This document shows, in pieces, positions 58,159 through 64,000 of a stretch of DNA of 64,000 nucleotides. Source of the DNA: a virus; the IMG/VR virus record IMGVR_UViG_3300028569_002824, positions 32,001 to 96,000 of that record; one strand, written 5' to 3'. A program made the position numbers and the translations under genes. Within the stretch, counting starts at the first letter, position 1. Each line of letters starts with the position of its first letter. The notes below the pieces were generated by a model. That model searched no databases. It worked only from the letters and a program-made list of their open reading frames with translations, and was not told where the DNA came from.

Positions 58159-58314
58159 TTATAAAGAATTGCAATTGTTTTCAATATCTTTTAATTCGTC
58201 CGCGATTTCATTTTCAGTTTTCAATCTGTAGTTGCCGTTTTCCAATTTAATTACAACTCCCTCGGATAGTAAGTAATCCAAGTGAAGTTGGACTTGTTGT
58301 TCTGTATTGTTCAC
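58159..58314 (-). CDS. Small hypothetical protein (51 aa, GTG start, not in the ORF track)
   Basis: MNNTEQQVQLHLDYLLSEGVVIKLENGNYRLKTENEIADELKDIENNCNSL behind TTGACA, 16 nt, TATAAT. Confidence 0.55.
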   Translation of the reverse strand: MNNTEQQVQLHLDYLLSEGVVIKLENGNYRLKTENEIADELKDIENNCNSL

Positions 58315-58468
58315 ATATTATATTATATTGGGTTTTATTTGTATGTCAAACGAAACACCAAAATTATATAAACTAAAACCGTCTAAAGTCCGACTTATCT
58401 TCGTGGCTAAAATACTTTAATAATCAATGCATAAGCTTCTTCTAGTGATTTTTGGTCACTCATATATC

Positions 58469-58687
58469 TTAATATTTATTATAATAGTCTAAATTTTCAC
58501 GCAAATTATCAAGAGCCATGTCCTTAGCTACTGCGTTGTTTTTAATGTACTTCATCTCTATCTCGATGCCCTTGATTAATTCTCGATTAAAATCTTCTTT
58601 GCTCATTTTGCGTCTATTAGACGGTCCTTTTGCAAACAAACAAAGAAAAAATTTGTTATAAATTTTCTTTACGAATAATTTAAACAT
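58469..58687 (-). CDS. Degenerate DUF5661-like protein
   Basis: ELIKGIEIEMKY...AKDMALDNLREN.DYY. Confidence 0.5.
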   Translation of the reverse strand: MFKLFVKKIYNKFFLCLFAKGPSNRRKMSKEDFNRELIKGIEIEMKYIKNNAVAKDMALDNLRENLDYYNKY

Positions 58688-58691
58688 ACTT

Positions 58692-58880
58692 TTATTTAAA
58701 TCTGTTTATTAAGCTTCTGTTTTGCTCTAGCATTTTTCCTAAAGTTAAACAACAAAAATCAATAAATTCTTGTGGTGCTATTTCGTTGCGTTTAAATTTG
58801 TCCAGAACAATAAAATACTCCCGAGCCATATTAATGTTGATCGGAATAACCACTTCATCGTTTTTGTGTTCAAATTTCAC
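58692..58880 (-). CDS. Hypothetical protein
   Basis: 62 aa; TAAGTA upstream. Confidence 0.45.
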   Translation of the reverse strand: MKFEHKNDEVVIPININMAREYFIVLDKFKRNEIAPQEFIDFCCLTLGKMLEQNRSLINRFK

Positions 58881-58948
58881 ATAAATTACTTATCTAATTA
58901 GACCTATAAAATACGAGAACCCGCATAAGCACGGGGCATTTTAGTGTA

Positions 58949-59302
58949 TTAATAATCCTCAAACCGTTTCGGAACCGAGTCTGCTGGAGAGGGATAGTCA
59001 GCATCGTTTTTTCTGCTATTATTACTAATATTGGCAGCTATCCTTGATATTTCATACGCAACGTTGGCTGCTACTTTTTGTCCGCCTGTCATTGCTGGGT
59101 GTAAATCTACTATTTCTGATATGTTTTGATTGAGTTCTTGTAACTGTGATAAAGATTTGACTCGACAGTCTTCTGCTCCTATCATATCCGCAGCGGTTCT
59201 GTACTCCATTAAAAGCACATCTACTATCTTATGCAAGTCATCAACTTTTGATTTAGTGTGAGCGATTAATTCGTGTATTGTGTTGAATTTAGTTGATATC
59301 AT
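58949..59302 (-). CDS. Hypothetical protein
   Basis: 117 aa; TAAATA upstream. Confidence 0.5.
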   Translation of the reverse strand: MISTKFNTIHELIAHTKSKVDDLHKIVDVLLMEYRTAADMIGAEDCRVKSLSQLQELNQNISEIVDLHPAMTGGQKVAANVAYEISRIAANISNNSRKNDADYPSPADSVPKRFEDY

Positions 59303-59323
59303 AACGCATTTTATGTATTTAGG

Positions 59324-59518
59324 TTATCGGCTTGGTGGCCTATAGTCTCCGGAATTTGTATAAGACGAATCTGTTCCCAAATCAGCACACCATTCACCAG
59401 CGCATGAAAAATCACTACCAGCACCGGTTAGCGTTCCTCCAATAGTTCCACACCCCGTCAAATAAGTAGTTATAAATACTACAAAAGTCACCAGCAATAT
59501 TAGTAATAAGTGTTTCAT
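59324..59518 (-). CDS. Entericidin-like small lipoprotein
   Basis: Signal peptide, lipobox LTGC, then GT..G..GAGSDF..AG. Confidence 0.65.
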   Translation of the reverse strand: MKHLLLILLVTFVVFITTYLTGCGTIGGTLTGAGSDFSCAGEWCADLGTDSSYTNSGDYRPPSR

Positions 59519-59591
59519 GTGAACTCTACTCTCAACTAAACTTAATTTAAGTCAACCAAACTTAACCATCACCTCAATTTTTCCTCAAATA

Positions 59592-60155
59592 TTAAGTGTA
59601 CTTTTCACACTCTTTAAACGTTTTTGCTGCAGAGTCTTTTATAGAAACCGTTGGACAAATTCCCCCAATTAAAGGCCACTGAACATTAATGGTTTCATCG
59701 TTCCAAAGAAGAGACTGATCTAATTCTGGTCTGTAAGGAGCAGACACTTTATAGTGAAAATCAGCAAAATCGCTTAGCACAAGAAACCCATGAGCACAGC
59801 CAGGAGGAACCCAAATGCGGTCATGATCCTCAGCATTCAACCAAAATCCTGCCCACATAGCATATGTATCCGAACTCTGTCTTAGATCGACAATTACATC
59901 AAAGACGGTTCCAGATGTTACCCAAACAAGTTTGCCTTGGGCTGCATCTCCTGATTGGTAGTGCAATCCTCTAAGTACATGCTTTGGAGAGCGACTGTGA
60001 TTGTCTTGCACAAAATCGACATCCAGACCAATATCACGAAACGTTTGGCGGTTCCAGGTCTCTAAAAAAAATCCTCTACCATCATTAAATGTTTTCGGTT
60101 TTAATAAAAACGCATCTTGAATTTTTGTGCTGTATATTTTCACGGTTGAAGTCAA
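59592..60155 (-). CDS. rmlC: dTDP-4-dehydrorhamnose 3,5-epimerase
   Basis: DGRGFFLE, FVQDNHSRS, VLRGLHYQ, QGKLV, DVIVDLR, AHGF, YK. Confidence 0.95.
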   Translation of the reverse strand: MTSTVKIYSTKIQDAFLLKPKTFNDGRGFFLETWNRQTFRDIGLDVDFVQDNHSRSPKHVLRGLHYQSGDAAQGKLVWVTSGTVFDVIVDLRQSSDTYAMWAGFWLNAEDHDRIWVPPGCAHGFLVLSDFADFHYKVSAPYRPELDQSLLWNDETINVQWPLIGGICPTVSIKDSAAKTFKECEKYT

Positions 60156-60215
60156 AGATATTTGTTAAAATTAACAACGTCAGCGAAAGCAGGACAATCA
60201 AATATCCAGCAAACT

Positions 60216-60548
60216 TCATGTTGTTATATTAGTTAACTCGCTGAATGCACCTTCTGAATCCTCAAAAATAAACTCTTGCTCTTTTTCAGTCAATTCTTTT
60301 AAGTCGGAGATCAACTCTAGTGCATATTCGGAAGCGCCCGTCAAATGAACGAGTGTTTCAATTAGTTGTTTTGTTTTCTCACTTGCAGCAACATGAACAG
60401 ACTTGACCGCAGAATCAAGTTCTTCTCCTGCCTCAGTTTTCTTATAAATTTTATTTAATTCGTAATTAACTTGTTTAGTTAGTTCACTATATTCTGTTAG
60501 GACATTAATCATTGTTGTGTTGTGTGTTATGTGCGGTGTTGTTGTCAT
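60216..60548 (-). CDS. Hypothetical protein
   Basis: 110 aa behind TTGATC, 17 nt, TAATAT. Confidence 0.5.
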   Translation of the reverse strand: MTTTPHITHNTTMINVLTEYSELTKQVNYELNKIYKKTEAGEELDSAVKSVHVAASEKTKQLIETLVHLTGASEYALELISDLKELTEKEQEFIFEDSEGAFSELTNITT

Positions 60549-60622
60549 TGTGTATACATATTAAAGATATTGGTTGGACAGATCAACGTTAAAAACAGAG
60601 TAAACAGATAAATAATCAATAT

Positions 60623-60919
60623 ATGAAAAAAGAAAAAGCTACTACTAAAGCAACAACCGCGAAGAGAGGTCGTCCTCCTCTAAAGAATAATGCAACCTCT
60701 TCTAATAAGAAGACTGCAATACTTTCCGAAAAAAAACCCAAAGTTGCAAAAAAAAGTAAAGTAGACACAAACAAAAACGAAGAATGTATTGACCTAACAA
60801 GAGGACATTCTATTAATCCCGAGTGTAATAGAGGCACGTGCAAAAAAAATCACGGAATATTATCTGCTCTAAAAACAGTATCCGCTAGGCTGATTGAAAA
60901 GATTAAGAAAGCTCTCTAA
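60623..60919 (+). CDS. Basic late protein with an AT-hook-like KRGRP
   Basis: Lys-rich N-terminus; TAAATA at 60609-60614. Confidence 0.55.
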   Translation: MKKEKATTKATTAKRGRPPLKNNATSSNKKTAILSEKKPKVAKKSKVDTNKNEECIDLTRGHSINPECNRGTCKKNHGILSALKTVSARLIEKIKKAL

Positions 60920-61019
60920 GTTTTCTTAATCTATTCTTCGGCTTTATTTTGAACTCGGAAATTAAACAAGCAGTAATACTAATAATAGTATCAATATTGC
61001 TTTTTTTACTAGGAGTACG

Positions 61020-61982
61020 CTAGTAAACAATTCTTGAGGATATGATTTGGGTAGTAATATCTTCGTGAATATAATCTTGTGCAGATTGTACTCTGCGATT
61101 AACTTCATCCTGTGCTGATTTGAATGACTGATTACTGTTATCAGCTTTAGTAATGTTCGCTGTTGTATGATACCACTCGAGCCAACCTTTTGGGTCTTCA
61201 CTGTTATTAGCTTTAGTAATGGTTGATGTTGTATGTGGACGTATATTACTACGAACAACTTGTATAACTTCTTTCTCTACATCACTAATGGAAGATAGCT
61301 GATTCTTAATTTTTAAAAATTCAGACTTTAACGCTTCTTGATTTATTTGAGGAGATTTAACAGTAGTAGTTTTTGAATATACTGTTTGGGGTTTGCTTTT
61401 ATTGGGCTGCGGCGCAGCAGCAACGCGACTAGCAGCTTTGTTATTTAGTGTTGTTTCTACGGAGTTTAATTTTTGTTTAGCAATGGGCTTTTTAATATCA
61501 GGAACGAACGAAGATCGTATAGCGTTCGGATTGGGACAAAACCCTGCCTTAAAATTGCTGTCGTCTGCTGACGCAATTGGTTGTTTTAATGCAGGGGAGG
61601 AAGCTGTTAAAGAGTGTATGATGTTAACTGCTTTTTGAACTAAAGCATCAAGAGCCAGCTGTGCAATTGTATTTACAGCCTTTTTAATTGGAGATTCTTC
61701 TGAATACTTCTCTTCAATCTTTGTTGGTTTAAACGGGGAAAGGGCAACTACAACAGGCTTGCCTCTCTGTGGAAACATACTTGACGTATCCTTATTAATC
61801 ATTCGTTGAAGCTCAGCTTCCTCTTGTTTTTTTACTATTAGCGCTTGTTTACGCTTCTCTGCTCTATAGGAAGAATACTTAGATATTGCGCAATATCCAC
61901 CCACGTGTAGTAGAATTACTACAACGAGTGCTTGTTTAAATGAAATTGCTTTTCTAAATCTTTGGTGAAACATAACACTCAT
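61020..61982 (-). CDS. Membrane-anchored low-complexity protein
   Basis: N-terminal TM ALVVVILLHVGG (SxxxH/TonB-like anchor); internal repeat TITKANNS/NITKADNS. Confidence 0.6.
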   Translation of the reverse strand: MSVMFHQRFRKAISFKQALVVVILLHVGGYCAISKYSSYRAEKRKQALIVKKQEEAELQRMINKDTSSMFPQRGKPVVVALSPFKPTKIEEKYSEESPIKKAVNTIAQLALDALVQKAVNIIHSLTASSPALKQPIASADDSNFKAGFCPNPNAIRSSFVPDIKKPIAKQKLNSVETTLNNKAASRVAAAPQPNKSKPQTVYSKTTTVKSPQINQEALKSEFLKIKNQLSSISDVEKEVIQVVRSNIRPHTTSTITKANNSEDPKGWLEWYHTTANITKADNSNQSFKSAQDEVNRRVQSAQDYIHEDITTQIISSRIVY

Positions 61983-61985
61983 TCT

Positions 61986-62597
61986 TTACATGAACTTAAG
62001 AACTTGTCCTACTTTAAGTTGTTTTGGGTCTTTTATTCCATTAATTTTCATTAGACGGGCAGAAACTAGATGATACTTTTTTGCAATACCGTAAACTGTA
62101 TCTCCGCTCTTAACTACATAATTTTTTACTAGTTTGTTTTGAACTTGCTTTGGAGGATGAGTTTCTACCTTTGGAACTGAAGGAGCTACTTGAACTTGCT
62201 TTGGAGGATGAGTTTCTACCTTTGGAACTGAAGGAGCTACTTGAACTTGCTTTGGAAAAAGATTTGATGGTGCTGCTATTTTAGTATGTGAACTGAGCGC
62301 TGCTGTCTGAGGTAAGGAGGGTTCTGCAGGCTTAGTATCCATTGGAACATCGCCTCGGTTTTTACTGTTTGTTTGAACCACTTCTTGCTTATTTTTATCT
62401 TCAGCGGACTTTTGAGCTGCATTAGAAGAAGAAAACCCAAGCACGCAGGCCGCACATACAACATGTGCAGCAATGATTGCTCCTGTAATAACAAGAGTAC
62501 GAGGTTCTTTGATTTTTGGTTCAGTTCTTTGTTTCTTCATATCAAACATATGTTCTTCTTCAGGAGTTACGTCAATGTGGTAGTGTTTATCATTCAT
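61986..62597 (-). CDS. Membrane-anchored LysM protein
   Basis: TM helix with AAHVV, Pro-rich linker, C-terminal LysM YVVKSGDTVYGIAKKY...LKVGQVL. Confidence 0.88.
   Translation of the reverse strand: MNDKHYHIDVTPEEEHMFDMKKQRTEPKIKEPRTLVITGAIIAAHVVCAACVLGFSSSNAAQKSAEDKNKQEVVQTNSKNRGDVPMDTKPAEPSLPQTAALSSHTKIAAPSNLFPKQVQVAPSVPKVETHPPKQVQVAPSVPKVETHPPKQVQNKLVKNYVVKSGDTVYGIAKKYHLVSARLMKINGIKDPKQLKVGQVLKFM
62139..62256. repeat. Perfect 51-bp tandem repeat, about 2.3 copies (KQVQVAPSVPKVETHPP)
   Basis: Unit ttgaacttgctttggaggatgagtttctacctttggaactgaaggagctac at 62139 and 62190, partial copy at 62241. Confidence 0.95.
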
Positions 62598-62884
62598 AAA
62601 TTAGAATTAACGTTGGTTTTGGAGGACACATCAACTGTTAATTTGGATTTTTGTTTAGATGTCAAAATACGTCGCTCGGGGAAATTGCATTCCAGTGCGT
62701 CAGAATAAGGTCCGATTTTCCAAAATTTTTGTGAGGGAGTACACGGAAAGCACTTAGAAATCAAAAAATCTTTATTGCTACACACAAATAAAAATCCCCA
62801 AAAAGAAGCTACTAACAATACATGTAGAATTACCGAAACACACGAGGTTATAAGCGAAGGGAGTGGTTGTTCTTTTCTAATCAT
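62594..62884 (-). CDS. Small membrane protein
   Basis: TM segment SVILHVLLVASFWGFLFV. Confidence 0.45.
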   Translation of the reverse strand: MIRKEQPLPSLITSCVSVILHVLLVASFWGFLFVCSNKDFLISKCFPCTPSQKFWKIGPYSDALECNFPERRILTSKQKSKLTVDVSSKTNVNSNL

Positions 62885-62902
62885 ATGTTTGGGCGAATCG
62901 TT

Positions 62903-63913
62903 TCAATTGTCTTTATAATTTCTGTTAAGGATTTTAAATCCCAGAGGTCTTCTGGAATGTGTGAATCGTGGATAGGAAGAAGGTCGGATCACAATTCCTT
63001 CCGCCTGTTCCTTAGAAACATACGTTTGCATATCAGCTAATTCCTGAAGTTTATTGATAGCAGTTTGCACATCACAACCAATAAAAGAGCATTCAGAAAT
63101 AAACGGGACAACGTGACATTTAAGTTCTACATTACAGAACCCTTTCATCTCTTGATAATTCATATATTCTCCAGAAGATTTTTTTATTTGAAACACAATG
63201 AACTCGTGATTCTCTAGTCGTAGAGGATTCTTCTGAATGCTAGGACCAACCAACTCACCTTGAAGTATTCCACTAAACCCACACGATAAATTAAGCTTCT
63301 TAGCAACTTTCCAGAATAAGCTATTTTCTGTGTCTTTCTTTGACAAATTTCGAGAACAAACTTTAACAACAGTTCCACTTTCAACAACAACAGTCATAGA
63401 ACTACCGTCAAGCTTTTGTGTAATCGTAACTGACGGAGATTTAATTACCTCTTCCACAATATCGAGATTAGAAAGACCGTTGTCCTCATCCGTTTTGGAG
63501 ATCAAGTCTGTTGGAAAATCTCCAATATTTTCTCCAGCAAGATTAGCAGGAAGATCTTTTATGTATTTTTTAATACCCAATAATTCAGTTACATCTGTAC
63601 TCACCTCATACAAACTAAACGAATCTGGAAATTCAGATAGAGGAATGACTAAACCTGCTGAGTATTCTCCTCTGAGATTTATCATTTTTAGTCTAACTGG
63701 TTTATCTGGAGAAGATTTGTTTATTAAAAATTGTGCCCAAGGAGCATTGTGAGGAAGCAATGTATCAATTACGATAAACACTACTTTGTCGCCCTCTTTA
63801 TGTAATCCAGATTGTACAACTGATTGCCAGCCCATTACATGAGCTAATTCTAGTCGATCCGCATTTGAATGAGGCCGAATCGATTTGATTTTTTCAATAG
63901 AGGCTAGTTTCAT
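62903..63913 (-). CDS. RNA ligase, DRB0094/Rnl5 family
   Basis: N-terminal OB domain (KLASI...HSNADRLE), motif I KLDGSS, CSRN, LQGE..GP.IQKN, EGIV, FK. Confidence 0.9.
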   Translation of the reverse strand: MKLASIEKIKSIRPHSNADRLELAHVMGWQSVVQSGLHKEGDKVVFIVIDTLLPHNAPWAQFLINKSSPDKPVRLKMINLRGEYSAGLVIPLSEFPDSFSLYEVSTDVTELLGIKKYIKDLPANLAGENIGDFPTDLISKTDEDNGLSNLDIVEEVIKSPSVTITQKLDGSSMTVVVESGTVVKVCSRNLSKKDTENSLFWKVAKKLNLSCGFSGILQGELVGPSIQKNPLRLENHEFIVFQIKKSSGEYMNYQEMKGFCNVELKCHVVPFISECSFIGCDVQTAINKLQELADMQTYVSKEQAEGIVIRPSSYPRFTHSRRPLGFKILNRNYKDN

Positions 63914-63947
63914 ATTATAATAAGCGTTGAATGTAACAAATTAACGA

Positions 63948-63973
63948 AACAGCCTGAGAATTCTCAGGCTGTT
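63948..63973. terminator. Perfect 26-bp palindrome (terminator or operator)
   Basis: aacagcctgagaattctcaggctgtt just upstream of the RNA ligase promoter. Confidence 0.55.
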
Positions 63974-64000
63974 AACATCGGTCTTACTGTTGTATATTAC

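Noticed and set aside
58919-58938. Small GC hairpin downstream of ORF 58949-59302
   Set aside because: The stem is short and the U-tract is poor; it could be a weak terminator but the support is insufficient
62139-62256. Possible CRISPR array
   Set aside because: The repeats are contiguous with no spacers and stay in frame inside the LysM gene; no cas genes are present
24-63752. Numerous 60-150 aa antisense or alternate-frame ORFs in the track (e.g. 24-305, 1401-1715, 2166-2621, 20705-20950, 51356-51739, 63330-63752)
   Set aside because: They overlap well-supported genes and carry no motifs, so they are shadow ORFs
1-64000. Stop-codon reassignment, as in some large phages
   Set aside because: Core genes are full length in the standard code, and TAA, TAG and TGA all end genes
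1-64000. Eukaryotic giant virus or bacterial chromosome origin, given the many glycosylation genes and ClpC
   Set aside because: The gp43/46/47/55/UvsW/UvsY/UvsX/gp61 set, lysis genes, tmRNA and T4-type late motifs indicate a T4-like bacteriophage

Overview
This AT-rich, gene-dense window is a segment of a large T4-like (Tevenvirinae/cyanophage-style) dsDNA phage genome using the standard genetic code. The left part holds the core replication and recombination module: partial uvsX, gp43 PolB, gp46/gp47, gp55 late sigma factor, UvsW, UvsY, a DenA-like GIY-YIG nuclease and gp61 primase. Four GT-A-type genes and a DUF5672-methyltransferase fusion are inserted between 46 and 47, and another glycosyltransferase follows 46. 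The window also carries QueD/QueE, a lysis cassette with a tandem-PAS gene, a complete minus-strand tmRNA with an unusual 34-aa tag, ThyX, ClpC, a large glycosyltransferase/sulfotransferase island, RmlC, a LysM protein and an Rnl5-type RNA ligase. The top leads are: (1) an unannotated ~290-nt structured ncRNA upstream of uvsY that shares its promoter layout with the tmRNA; (2) the tmRNA tag ending in -LEA in a genome that also encodes ClpC; (3) a multi-sulfotransferase glycan system; (4) an output-less PAS sensor in the lysis cassette; (5) a set of late proteins with capsid-targeting-like propeptides. ClpC and a DUF4032-like protein suggest a PVC (Verrucomicrobia-like) host, which is an inference. 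All protein calls come from motif recognition by eye and were not checked by database search.
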